DNA from: Candidatus Eiseniibacteriota bacterium
GTDB lineage: Bacteria > Eisenbacteria > RBG-16-71-46 > CAIMUX01
DNA: 64,000 nt
Direction of reading: 5' to 3'
Assembly: GCA_041390305.1 (NCBI GenBank)
Contig: JAWKQE010000005.1
Coordinates: 144,380-208,379, forward strand
The notes beneath the pieces were generated by a model. It ran no database searches. It was not told the origin of the DNA and saw only the letters and a list, made by a program, of their open reading frames with translations. Made by a program: the position numbers and the translations under genes. Below are positions 17,893 through 28,000 of the stretch, piece by piece (the stretch's first letter is position 1; each line of letters begins with the position of its first letter).

Positions 17893-18456
17893 ATGGAGCA
17901 TGCCATGTTCGGGAATCGAAGCATTCGAAACGTTGGACTCATGTCGCTGGTACCGGTCGCCGCGAAGGCGCTCGCACGGCCCCTCGGACACCTGCGGACT
18001 TCCGGCACGTGGATTCTTCCACTTGTCGCCCTCTCGCTCGTCACCGTCGTCGGCTGTTCCGATTCGGGTGGCTCGCCCACTGAGGCATCCCTACAGCACG
18101 ACTCGATTCTGGACGTCTCCGATCCTGGATCGATCGATTCGCCGGATCAGGCCGTGCCCGTACCGGAGACCATCGGGCAAACCTGCACTCTCACATTCGG
18201 AAACGGCTGCAAAGCCGACGTCACCTGCAAGATCATCCCGACTCCGGTTGGAGCCGAGTGCGCGAGGAAGTGGGTCAAGGTGACCGTCAAGTTCACGTGC
18301 GGGGCCACGTGCGATGCCGAGTTCGAGGTCTGCGGAGAGCAGACGAATGCCCTCGAGTTCTGGTGCAACGGCCACAAGTATTCACTCAACACCACTTCCA
18401 CGTGGCTCGGCCAGGCGAATGGAACCTCAGCCTGTGACAACCTGAGCATCTCATAG
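17893..18456 (+). CDS. Small Cys-rich (10 Cys) lipoprotein, hypothetical; start uncertain (ATG 17893 or 17905)
   Basis: Hydrophobic leader ...WILPLVALSLVTVVGCSDSGG (lipobox), then a Cys-rich C-terminal half. Same frame as the upstream repeat array, but the signal peptide argues for a separate gene. Confidence 0.45.
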   Translation: MEHAMFGNRSIRNVGLMSLVPVAAKALARPLGHLRTSGTWILPLVALSLVTVVGCSDSGGSPTEASLQHDSILDVSDPGSIDSPDQAVPVPETIGQTCTLTFGNGCKADVTCKIIPTPVGAECARKWVKVTVKFTCGATCDAEFEVCGEQTNALEFWCNGHKYSLNTTSTWLGQANGTSACDNLSIS

Positions 18457-18470
18457 GCGGGACAGGTCTC

Positions 18471-18506
18471 GGTGACAACGGGGACCCACCATGTCCCATT
18501 GTCACC
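18471..18506 (+). terminator. Imperfect hairpin (GGTGACAACGGGGAC...GTCCCATTGTCACC) directly after the stop codon; possible bidirectional terminator between convergent genes
   Basis: Inverted repeat seen in the sequence. No clear U-tract. Confidence 0.3.
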
Positions 18507-18715
18507 AGTACATGGACGCTGCGCAGCCGGAGTCCGCTCCATCCAGACGCACAAGGACAGCGGGCGGCCCGTCGTCGAGACGGACCGCCCGCTTCCTCTG
18601 ACGTGGCTCGGACGTCGAGAGCCGGTGAGTTCGGGACCGGACACTCAGTGGGACGTGAGCCCACCGACATCCAACGTGGATGCAGACGCACATCCGTGTT
18701 GGATGTCCCGGCCGG

Positions 18716-20659
18716 TCATCCCATCGACTTGTGCTTCTCCGTGAGCTGCTCGACGATCGCCGGATCGGCCAGTGTCGAGATGTCACCCAGCCCTTCGTAC
18801 TCCGCCGCGGCGATCTTGCGGAGGATGCGCCGCATGATCTTTCCGCTTCGGGTCTTGGGGAGACCCGGAGTGATGAGGATCTGGTCCGGAGTCGCGACCG
18901 GTCCGATGACGTGGCGGACCTGCTCCTTGAGTGCACCGATGATTTCGCCTTCGGGCTGCCCCATCCCCTCCGCGGTGAGGATGACGTAGGCGAAGATGCC
19001 CTGGCCCTTGATGTCGTGCGGGAACCCGACGACCGCGGCTTCGGCCACCATCTCGTGCTCGACGAGCGCGGACTCGACCTCGGCCGTTCCCATCCGGTGA
19101 CCGCTGACGTTGAGGACGTCGTCGACTCGGCCCGTGATCCAGTAGTAGCCGTCCTCGTCTCTCCGGCAGCCGTCTCCCGTGAAGTAGTAGCCGGGATACG
19201 TGGTGAAGTAAGTCTCACCGAACCTCTGATGGTCCCCGTAGATCGTGCGGGCCTGGCCGGGCCACGACTGCGCGAGGCAGAGGTTGCCGCGGACGTTGTT
19301 CCCCTCCAGCACCTGTCCTTCCGCGTCCATCAGGATCGGCTTGACGCCGAAGAACGGGAGCGTGGCGGAACCGGGCTTACAGTCCGTGACGCCGGGGAGC
19401 GGGCTGATGAGGATGCCGCCGGTCTCCGTCTGCCACCAGGTGTCAACGACGGAACAGCGACCGTCGCCCACGACGTCGTGGTACCAGCGCCAGACTTCGG
19501 GGTTGATCGGTTCTCCCACCGTTCCGAGGATGCGGAGCGAGCGACGCGAGTACTGCTTCACCCACTGATCGCCCTCGCGCGCGATGGCACGGATCGCGGT
19601 CGGCGCGGTGTAGAAGATGTTGATGCCGAGGTCGTCGACGAGGCGCCAGTAGCGACCGGCGTCGGGGTAGGTCGGGATGGACTCGAACATCACCGTCGTC
19701 GCCCCGTTGCAGAGTGGGCCGTAGAGGATGTAGCTGTGGCCCGTGATCCATCCGATGTCGGCCACGCAGGCGTAGATGTCCCCGTCGTGGTAGTCGAAGA
19801 CCATCCGGTGGGTGAACGACGCGTAGAGTAGATACCCGGCGGTGGTATGGAGCACACCCTTGGGTTTTCCGGTCGAGCCGGACGTATAGAGGATGAAGAG
19901 AGCGTCCTCGGAGTGCATCCACTCCGCCGGGCAGGTCGCGCGCTGCCGCTTCATCTCTTCGTCGAGCCAGTAGTCACGCCCCGGCTTCATCTTGACGTCG
20001 GTGGCGGTACGGCGTGCCACGAGAACGGTCGAGACTCGGTCGATACCTTCGACCGCATCGTCGACGATGTGCTTGAGACGCAGCGGTTTTCCCCCACGCA
20101 CACCTTCGTTGGCGGTGATCACGATCTTGGAACCGGCATCGAGGATCCGATCCCGCAGCGACTCGGAGCTGAATCCGCCGAAGACGACGGAGTGGATGGC
20201 GCCGATCCGTGCGCACGCGAGCATGACGTACGCGAGTTCCGGAATCATCGGCATGTAGATGCAGACGGTGTCCCCGCGACGCACACCGTGATACTTGAGG
20301 ACGTTCGCGACCCGACCGACGTGGCGATGGAGCTCCCGGTACGTGATGTACTCGTACTCACCCGGCTCGTCCTTCGCCCAGATGATGGCGGTCTTGTTCG
20401 CCTTCTCTTCGAGATGTCGGTCGACGCAGTTGAAGCAGGCGTTGAGGCGCCCACCGTCGAACCAGCTGAACTCGACCTCGTGGTAGTCCATCTCGACGAC
20501 GGAGTCCCAGACCTCGAACCAGTCGAGGCTGTCCGCCTGGTCCCCCCAGAACCACTCCGGATGATCGAGCGACAGTCGATAGAGACGCTCGTACTCCTCC
20601 TTGCTCGAGATGTGCGCACGGGTTCTCAGGTGTTCTTTGGGCGGATAGAGGTCGGACAT
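18716..20659 (-). CDS. acs: Acetyl-CoA synthetase (AMP-forming)
   Basis: Full-length match to Acs architecture ([14 protein letters not shown]-binding motif, ...[16 protein letters not shown]-terminus). Second ATG chosen (MSDLYPP) because of a GGAGGA SD. Confidence 0.9.
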   Translation of the reverse strand: MSDLYPPKEHLRTRAHISSKEEYERLYRLSLDHPEWFWGDQADSLDWFEVWDSVVEMDYHEVEFSWFDGGRLNACFNCVDRHLEEKANKTAIIWAKDEPGEYEYITYRELHRHVGRVANVLKYHGVRRGDTVCIYMPMIPELAYVMLACARIGAIHSVVFGGFSSESLRDRILDAGSKIVITANEGVRGGKPLRLKHIVDDAVEGIDRVSTVLVARRTATDVKMKPGRDYWLDEEMKRQRATCPAEWMHSEDALFILYTSGSTGKPKGVLHTTAGYLLYASFTHRMVFDYHDGDIYACVADIGWITGHSYILYGPLCNGATTVMFESIPTYPDAGRYWRLVDDLGINIFYTAPTAIRAIAREGDQWVKQYSRRSLRILGTVGEPINPEVWRWYHDVVGDGRCSVVDTWWQTETGGILISPLPGVTDCKPGSATLPFFGVKPILMDAEGQVLEGNNVRGNLCLAQSWPGQARTIYGDHQRFGETYFTTYPGYYFTGDGCRRDEDGYYWITGRVDDVLNVSGHRMGTAEVESALVEHEMVAEAAVVGFPHDIKGQGIFAYVILTAEGMGQPEGEIIGALKEQVRHVIGPVATPDQILITPGLPKTRSGKIMRRILRKIAAAEYEGLGDISTLADPAIVEQLTEKHKSMG

Positions 20660-20992
20660 GAGGTCCTCCATCGGTCAGGCTGGCTTGTGACGGGGAGCTG
20701 ACCGCCAGGTGGACGGTCCGCCAAACGCTGCGTCACGGAGTCTGCCAGCTCAAGCCTCTTTCTGCAATCCGCGGGGCATGCGGGAAACCCGCTATGCCGT
20801 GAGGGGCGGCGCCGCCCCCCGTTGTCGGTCCCGACACCAGCCGGTCCCCTCGCGTCGCCGTTTGTGGCAGATTCTTGGTATCTCGTCACCGGCCGGAACT
20901 GCCCTACGCTCCACCGGTTCCAAGATATCGGCGCCCGCGGGTCAGGAAGGTCCCCGCACCGCGGTCGTCCCAACCCAAGCGAGAGGCCTCTC

Positions 20993-22066
20993 TTGAGACG
21001 AAGCCCCCACGAGCGGGCATGGGGCCGGTGGACACCGGCACTGCTCCTCACGCTGCTCCTCCATCTGGGGGCGGCTTGGGGGTTCCTGCGTTTCGACCTC
21101 CTGGGTGCGGACGATCTCCCGGAAAAGCCGCCGGAGTTCGTGGAAGTCGTGTTCGAGCAGCCGGAGGAGCCGGCGCCGGATCGGGCCGAGGCCTTTACCG
21201 AACTCCCCGAGGACCGCGCGGACGAGCCCGCGGAGCAGCCGGACTTCCTCAGCAACGTCGACAGCCGGGCGCGGGACCTCACCCCCGGAGGAGAGGACCG
21301 TCTGGCCCGCCAGGACGGCCGGACCGAGTTCCCCCAGGTCGCGATGGAGACGGGGCAGCCCTCCCCACCTTCCGATCCAACACCGCCGGTGCCTCGAACC
21401 GAGGACATGGACCCGGTGGATCCGGATGAGTCGCGGGAAAGCGAAGCGGAAGAGGCCAGAGAGGACGAAGCCCGAGAGAAGGAGACGCTGGCGCAGGAGT
21501 CTCCTCCGCCTCTCGAAGAGGACGTCGTGCTCCGGTCACGCGAACCGGACCCGTGGGCGGCGTTCCGCCGCACGTCCGTTCAGGCCCCGAGTCCCAGGCC
21601 CGAGTCCCCGGCATCCGTCCCCCAGGCCGGCGGCCCGAGCGACCTCGCGCAGGACGCGATGTCGTCCCCCGACGCGAATGCCGAACTCCTCGGCGACATC
21701 TCGCTCAACACGCGCGAGTGGGAGTGGGCCCCCTGGCTCCAGGCGTTTCGGCGCGAACTGATGGAGTCGTGGACGGCCCCCCTCGGCTACCACCTCGGAC
21801 TGATCCACGGCTGGACCCTGCTCGAAGTCGTGGTCGCGCCGAGCGGCCAGGTACTCTCGAACCGCGTGATGGACGAGGAAGGCAACGTCGCCTTCCGCGA
21901 GGCGAGCCTCGCCGCGGTCGACCGGTCCGCCCCGTACCTGCCGCTCCCCGACGACTTCCCGGAAGAGACTTTGGTCATCACACTCCGTCTCGACTATCCG
22001 GAGTGGCAGAAAGCTCCTACACCACCGCCGCAGCCGACCTCACAGAGGCGAGGCCGCAGACGATGA
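20993..22066 (+). CDS. TonB-family energy transducer (N-terminal TM, Pro/Glu-rich spacer, TonB C-terminal domain); TTG start
   Basis: TM helix WTPALLLTLLLHLGAAWGFL, acidic/Pro-rich linker, C-terminal TonB-like fold. Immediately upstream of exbB-exbD. Confidence 0.6.
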   Translation: MRRSPHERAWGRWTPALLLTLLLHLGAAWGFLRFDLLGADDLPEKPPEFVEVVFEQPEEPAPDRAEAFTELPEDRADEPAEQPDFLSNVDSRARDLTPGGEDRLARQDGRTEFPQVAMETGQPSPPSDPTPPVPRTEDMDPVDPDESRESEAEEAREDEAREKETLAQESPPPLEEDVVLRSREPDPWAAFRRTSVQAPSPRPESPASVPQAGGPSDLAQDAMSSPDANAELLGDISLNTREWEWAPWLQAFRRELMESWTAPLGYHLGLIHGWTLLEVVVAPSGQVLSNRVMDEEGNVAFREASLAAVDRSAPYLPLPDDFPEETLVITLRLDYPEWQKAPTPPPQPTSQRRGRRR

Positions 22067-22096
22067 CTCTCCCCTGCGAAAGGAAAGGACCGCTTC

Positions 22097-22831
22097 ATGC
22101 TGGAGTTCTTGGACAGAGCCGGACCTCTCATCTATCCGCTCCTGCTCTGTAGTCTCCTCGCTTCCACCATCGCCATCGAGCGGATCCTCGCGCTTCGCCG
22201 GGGCAAGGTGCTGCCGAGGGAGATCATCGAGATCGTGGAAGCGGTGCGCCCCCATCACGACCTATCCATGGCCATCGACGTCTGCCGCCGGAACCCGGGC
22301 GTCTTCGCGGACATCATCCGGATCGGCCTCGAACGCGCCAACGAACCGTGGGAGGTCGTCCGGGATGCCCTCCAGGACGCCGGCAAGCAGAAGACGACGG
22401 TGCTCGAACGTCACCTCGTCTGGCTCCAGACGATCGCACAGGCCGCACCCCTCCTCGGCCTTCTCGGAACCGTCCTCGGCATGATCAAGATGTTCGGCTC
22501 CATCTCCATCGCCGGACTCGGAGATCCTCAGGCCCTCTCCGAAGGGATCAGCGAGGCGATGCTGACGACAGCCGTCGGCCTCGCCATCGGCATTCCCACG
22601 CTGGTGGCGTACAACCTCCTCGCGTCGAAGGCCGAGGACATGATCGCCGAGATCGAAGCCTACGCGACGCAGCTTCTCACGACGTTCCGGCATGCGGAAC
22701 GGGCGAGGACGGCCGGGATCGGTGATGTGGCTGGTGGTGCGTCCAGAGGACGCACCGCCCCGGGCGCCGGCGCAGCAACAGCGAACCCCGTCGACGGTCG
22801 CCACACGTCCTTCGAAGGAGGAACGGCGTGA
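22097..22831 (+). CDS. exbB: ExbB/TolQ/MotA-family proton channel
   Basis: Three TM segments. Motif LLGLLGTVLGMIKMF...AMLTTAVGLAIGIP is typical of ExbB/TolQ. Good SD. Confidence 0.8.
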   Translation: MLEFLDRAGPLIYPLLLCSLLASTIAIERILALRRGKVLPREIIEIVEAVRPHHDLSMAIDVCRRNPGVFADIIRIGLERANEPWEVVRDALQDAGKQKTTVLERHLVWLQTIAQAAPLLGLLGTVLGMIKMFGSISIAGLGDPQALSEGISEAMLTTAVGLAIGIPTLVAYNLLASKAEDMIAEIEAYATQLLTTFRHAERARTAGIGDVAGGASRGRTAPGAGAATANPVDGRHTSFEGGTA

Positions 22832-23280
22832 GCACGCTCGGATTCCGGGAGAGTCGGAAGAACAAGGACGTCACGCTCAACGTGACGTCGCTCATCGACG
22901 TCCTCTTCCTCCTCATCATCTTCTTCATGCTGACGGGCACGTTCAAGCGGGTCGGAGAGCTGAAGCTCGAGCTGCCGAGTTCGTCGACGTCCGAACTGAC
23001 CAAGTCCACCGATCCCAAGAGCGATCTCGAACTCGTGGCGACGGTCGACGGCCGGATCGTGGTCGACGGCACCGTGGTCGCGCCGGAGGAGCTGGGCGCG
23101 AAACTCAGCGAGATCCGGGCCGCGGAGCCGGAACGGCGCGTCGTACTCAAGGCCGAAACGGACGTCGTACACGGACGGGTCGTGTCGCTCCTGGACGCAG
23201 TGAGGAAGGCAGGGTTCCCGGGCGTGTCGATCGGGACGGAGGTGCAGCCGTTCGCTCCGAATCCGCCTCCAACGAACTGA
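22828..23280 (+). CDS. exbD: ExbD/TolR biopolymer transport protein
   Basis: GTG start overlapping the exbB stop, preceded by GAAGGAGG. Motif NVTSLIDVLFLLIIFFM + periplasmic domain is typical of ExbD. Confidence 0.8.
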   Translation: MSTLGFRESRKNKDVTLNVTSLIDVLFLLIIFFMLTGTFKRVGELKLELPSSSTSELTKSTDPKSDLELVATVDGRIVVDGTVVAPEELGAKLSEIRAAEPERRVVLKAETDVVHGRVVSLLDAVRKAGFPGVSIGTEVQPFAPNPPPTN

Positions 23281-23298
23281 GGCTGTTCCCGACGCGTC

Positions 23299-25086
23299 TC
23301 AGTCAGCCTGGCGGCGCATCGATGGGTCCGGCTCGATCTCGAGTGCGGACTGGATCCACTCCCCGGCCGCGATCCTCGCTTCGATGAGGGGATGGCGGAC
23401 GAGGTAGATCATGGCCACGGTGTGACCATTCCCCAACGGCATCTCGACGACCGTCGTCCCGGGTGGGAACGCGGTCTGGTCCGCGTAGAGTTGGCCGTAC
23501 GGGTCGAGATCTCTCAGACGGTAGCCGTCCACCCTCTTCGCCGGAGAACCTTCCTCCGGATGCCCCAGGAGCAGGTGCGCGTTCCTCTTCCGCAGGTAGG
23601 AGACCGGCGCGATCGTCCGATGCCCCGCCCGGTCCGTATAGGGACGGGCCTCTCCCCCGATCCACGGGTCACACAGACCGAGCATGTCGATCGTGTAGAG
23701 CCGACTCTCGTACGGGATCGCTCCGGCCGGTGTGAGCGCGATCCTCACACCGTCCCCGACGCTGCTTCCGCCTTCGCTCCTGCCCTCGCTCTCGCCTTCG
23801 CTCTCGCGGCCGTTTCCGAGCTGTCGCCCGAGCTCTCGACCGATCCGTCGCCACTCCAAAGGAGAGGACGGATCGAGGTGCGACCGGAGCTCCCGCATCG
23901 ACTCCACCCGATCGAAGAACAGAGTCTGTCGGAAGAGCGGGTCGTGAACACCGCCCAGGACCAGAAGCAGGGCCAGCAACGCGACACCCGCACCTCGGGG
24001 GAGTCGGCGAATCGCCCAGGCTACGGCGGTCGCAACGAGCGGAGTGATCGGGACGAATAGACGCAGCTCCATGAAGTCGCCACCGATCCGGATGACGTAG
24101 GCGGTCCAGAGGACGACCGGCGCGACGAGGAGAAGGAGCCCCGCCCGGCCGAGGTCGCCCGAGAACTCACGTCGACGGAACCAGAGCACGGCGGCGACGA
24201 GGATCCAACCAAAGCTCACGAACCAGGCCGTCGCGTAGAGCCCGCCATGCTCGAGCCAGACGGAGACACCGCCGGGCACCTGAGACTTCACGTGGAACGT
24301 GTGGGGAAGCCAGGCGCCGTAGTAGGCGTAACGCCAGAGGGACGAGGCGATCAGCGCGACGCCAGGCAAGAGGAGGACGGAGGCGGCACGACCAAGGCTC
24401 AGCCTGCGCGTCTCATCCGAGGACGTCGCGCGCTCGGTGAGGAGAAGCCAACCACCCGGCGCGAGGAGCAGAGCACTGTCGAGCCTCGCGAGCAGAGTGA
24501 AGGTCGCGACGAGGGACCAGACGTACCTGGCGTTCGTACCCCTCGCGTTGTCGGCGTCGCTTTCTCGCTCCCGGGCCCAGATCCACGCGGCGAGACCGGT
24601 GGAGAGCGTGATTCCCAGCGTCTGCCAACCGGTCTCGAGTCCGCCCGTGGCGAACGCAGCGGACGTCGAGTTCACCGCGACGAGGACCATGGCAACGAGC
24701 GCCGCGCTCGGTCCGATCAATTCACGACCGAGCCGGAGAGTGGCAAGCAGGGTCAGGCCGACCGTGAGCATCCCGGTTCCGTAGACGAACGCGACGGGGT
24801 CGAGGTGGAGCGAATGGGGGATCGCGAGCCAGAGCGTCCAGAGGAGGTTCGTGAACCCCTCGACCCTCTCGCCCGGATTGAAGACGAGCCCGTGTCCTTC
24901 GGCGAGATTCCGTGCGTACCGAAAGCTGATGAATGCGTCGTCCATCACGAAACGGCGGTGCCAGGCGTGGAGGATCCCGAGACAGAGAACGGAGAGCGCG
25001 GCGGCGCGCCAGGTATCGACGCGATCCGTCGATCCCAATGCACGACGTTGGCTAGCCACCCAGGTGCACCACCCGACACGAAGCAT
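23299..25086 (-). CDS. GT-C-type integral membrane glycosyltransferase-like protein (ArnT/PMT-like, >=10 TM); start may be the internal ATG at about 24945
   Basis: N-terminal DDAFISFRYARNLAEGHGLVFNPGERVEGFTNLLW motif, then multiple TM helices and a C-terminal soluble domain. The start overlaps the end of the upstream UvrA-like gene, suggesting co-transcription. Confidence 0.5.
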   Translation of the reverse strand: MLRVGWCTWVASQRRALGSTDRVDTWRAAALSVLCLGILHAWHRRFVMDDAFISFRYARNLAEGHGLVFNPGERVEGFTNLLWTLWLAIPHSLHLDPVAFVYGTGMLTVGLTLLATLRLGRELIGPSAALVAMVLVAVNSTSAAFATGGLETGWQTLGITLSTGLAAWIWARERESDADNARGTNARYVWSLVATFTLLARLDSALLLAPGGWLLLTERATSSDETRRLSLGRAASVLLLPGVALIASSLWRYAYYGAWLPHTFHVKSQVPGGVSVWLEHGGLYATAWFVSFGWILVAAVLWFRRREFSGDLGRAGLLLLVAPVVLWTAYVIRIGGDFMELRLFVPITPLVATAVAWAIRRLPRGAGVALLALLLVLGGVHDPLFRQTLFFDRVESMRELRSHLDPSSPLEWRRIGRELGRQLGNGRESEGESEGRSEGGSSVGDGVRIALTPAGAIPYESRLYTIDMLGLCDPWIGGEARPYTDRAGHRTIAPVSYLRKRNAHLLLGHPEEGSPAKRVDGYRLRDLDPYGQLYADQTAFPPGTTVVEMPLGNGHTVAMIYLVRHPLIEARIAAGEWIQSALEIEPDPSMRRQAD

Positions 25087-28000
25087 CGATCAGGGCCCGT
25101 CGATGATCCGCGATCACGACGAGATCTCCGCGGGTACAGAGCTCGCCGAGCGCCGAGACCAGCCGCTCGAGGTCGGCGGGGTGTTGCCCGGCACCTGGCT
25201 CGTCGAAGAGGTGGAGTGCAGGCGAGCCGCGATCCATGAGGCTCTGCGCCAAACCGAGGCGCTGCACTTCCCCACCGGACAGGGTCCGGACTTCCCGACC
25301 GAGCGCGAGATGACCGAGTCCCGCGCGAACGAGCGCGTCGAGTCCCGCTCTCAACGACTTCGCGCTGTCCGGAAGTCGCGAAGCGAGAGACGTCGCCGGC
25401 TGGTCCAGGAACTCCGACGGATCGAGGCCGTCCCATCGCACCGCGAGCGGTTCCGGCCGGTACCGTCGCCCCTCACAGACCGGGCAGGGCAGATCCAGGT
25501 CGGCCATGAAATCCATCGCCACGCGCTCGTGACCCGTCCCTCCGCAGGCCGGGCACCGACCCTTCGGGCTGTGGAAGCTGAAGGCCTGGGCCGGCAGATC
25601 GCTTGCTCCGGCTGCCGCGTGATAGAAGCGTTGAAACGGAGTCATGAGGCCGAGGGCGGTGAGAACGGAACCGGCGCGCAGGGTTGTCGCCCGTCCGTGG
25701 ATGGAGCGGAAGTGAGTGAGTGCGTCGACGGGTTCGATCGCATCGCATCCGGCTGGGGTGCCGGCTCGGAACGACGCCTCGATCACGTCGAAGAGCAAAG
25801 TGCTCTTCCCCGAACCGGATGGTCCGACGATCGAGACGAGTCCGGAGCGCGGCAGGTCGAGGTCGAGCCCGCGAATCGGCCCGGCATCGATGCCTCGGAA
25901 GCGGACCCTGGGAGTGTCAGTCGCCCGGGCATCTGTTTGGGCGTCGGCACGGGCGTCCACTTGTGCATCTGTTTGGGCATCCGTTTGGGCGTCTGCTCGG
26001 GCGTCCACTTGGATATCTGCCTGGCCGTCTGCTCGCGGGCTGCGGGTCGGCTTCGTCGGCTCGTCGGATAACACCTCCTCCGGCGCGCCCTCCGCTACGA
26101 TCCGGCCCCCGTCCGGCCCGGCGCCGGGGCCGAGTTCGATCAGGTGGTCGGCCGCGCGCAGTACATCTCGGTCGTGTTCCACCACGACGACGGTGTTGCC
26201 TTCGTCACACAATCCGCGAAGCGCTGCGATGAGCACTCGCGTCTCCCGAGGCTGGAGCCCTGCGCTGGGCTCGTCGAGGACGATCGTGGCACCGGAGAGT
26301 TCCGCGCGGAGCACCGCGGCCAGGCGGACGCGCTGACGCTCCCCGGACGAGAGCGCATCCGTGTATCGGCCGAGAGGAAGGTGCCCGAGACCGAGCCTTT
26401 CGAGGTCGGCGAGTCTCGCCCGGATCTCGGGGACGAGAGATCGGATCGCAGCATGCGCACTCGCGCCCACGGCGTCATCACCGAGTCGGACCAGTTCGCC
26501 GAGGAACGCGAGGAGATCCGTCATTGGAAGCAGCAGCAGCTCGGGAAGTGTGCGCGCCCTCACGGACGTGGGGTCGCTCGTACCTCCGAGGGTCACGGCG
26601 CGCGCATCGACACCGAGCCCTGAGCCCGTGCACTTGGGGCACGGCGACGGAACGAGCGGCGCGCTCCATGCCGCAGCGTTCTTGTGACCCGCCCGCTTCC
26701 GCGCCTCCGACTCGGTGAGCGCGAGGAACCCGGACCACTTCGACTGGAACTGGTGCGCGCCGTCTCCCTCCCGTTTGTCCGCGCCGAACTCCCAGGAAAC
26801 TTGGAAGACACGCTCCCCAGCTCCCTCCAGTGCCACTCGACGCACCCACGCCGGTAGGTCACGCCACGGTGCGGACAGGTCGACGCCTGCCTCGGATACC
26901 CGCAAGGCGGGACCTCCGCCCTCTTCTCGCGGCCCGTCTCCCGGCTCCGCCGCCAGCGCAAACAACGCGGCACGCAGGGTCGCAACGTATCGTCCTTCCG
27001 GCTCGGAGAAGAACTCGCCCGGCTTCGTTCCGGCCAGCGCTCCTCGGAGGAGGGAGCGCTCGGGAGACGTGACGAGTCGGTCTGGATCACAGAGTTCGAG
27101 GACGCCGCGTCCGTGACATGCGGGACACGCGCCCAGGGCGCGGTCGGAACTGAAGTGTTCGGCCGTGAGCCCACAAGGAGTGCCGTCTCGTTTCCCTGCG
27201 CGCGCGAAGAGGAGACGAAGTGTGGGACCGACTCCGCTCTGGGTCGCCACGGTCGATCGTGCGCCTCCACCGTGCTCACCCTGACGGAGGCTGAGCGTCG
27301 GCCCGAGACCGCGCGCGGCCTCGAGACGTGGACGCGGCATCCGCCGCACCTGCCGCCGCACCTCGAACGGGAGGCTCTCCGCGAATCGCTGCCACGCTTC
27401 CGCCGCGAGCGTCCCGAATGCGAGGGAACTCTTGCCACTTCCCGACACGCCACAGATGCCGGTCAGCTTTCCGCGCGGGATTCGGACGTCGATCCCCTGG
27501 AGGTTGTTCGTCGAGACTCCGGCGAGATGGATCTCGGATGGAGCCGAGGGGAGCGGGCGGGCCGAAGCGATCGTGCGCGCGTCCGCCCCCACCCTGCCCC
27601 AGTCCACCTCCGGGTCCCGCCGAATCGCACCGTCCTCGAGTTCGACGAGAACGTCTGCCGCCGCCCAGAGGTGACGATGGTGCGAGATCGCGACGACGGT
27701 GTGCCCGGCCTCGATGAGCCGGTCGAGCGCCCTGATGAGCAACGCGAGATCGGTCGGATGGAGTCCCCGGTCCGGCTCGTCGAGGAGCAGGAGTGTGGGA
27801 GCCGCATCGGTCGTTCCGAGCAGCGTCGCAAGCTTGACGCGCTGCGACTCCCCGCGACTGAGCTGGCCTGAGGGCTGGCCGAGCGAGACGTACCCGAGCC
27901 CGAGGTCGTCCATGGCGCGGCAGAGGTTCGCGACCCTGCGATCGTCCGCGAAGAACGACACCGCGTCGCGCACCGTGAGCGCGAGCACCTCGGCGATCGT

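Noticed and set aside
20822-20992. Longer N-terminal extension of the TonB-family ORF (start at 20822).
   Set aside because: The extension is Arg/Pro-rich. The TTG at 20993 gives a short cytoplasmic N-terminus directly followed by the TM helix, as in TonB proteins.
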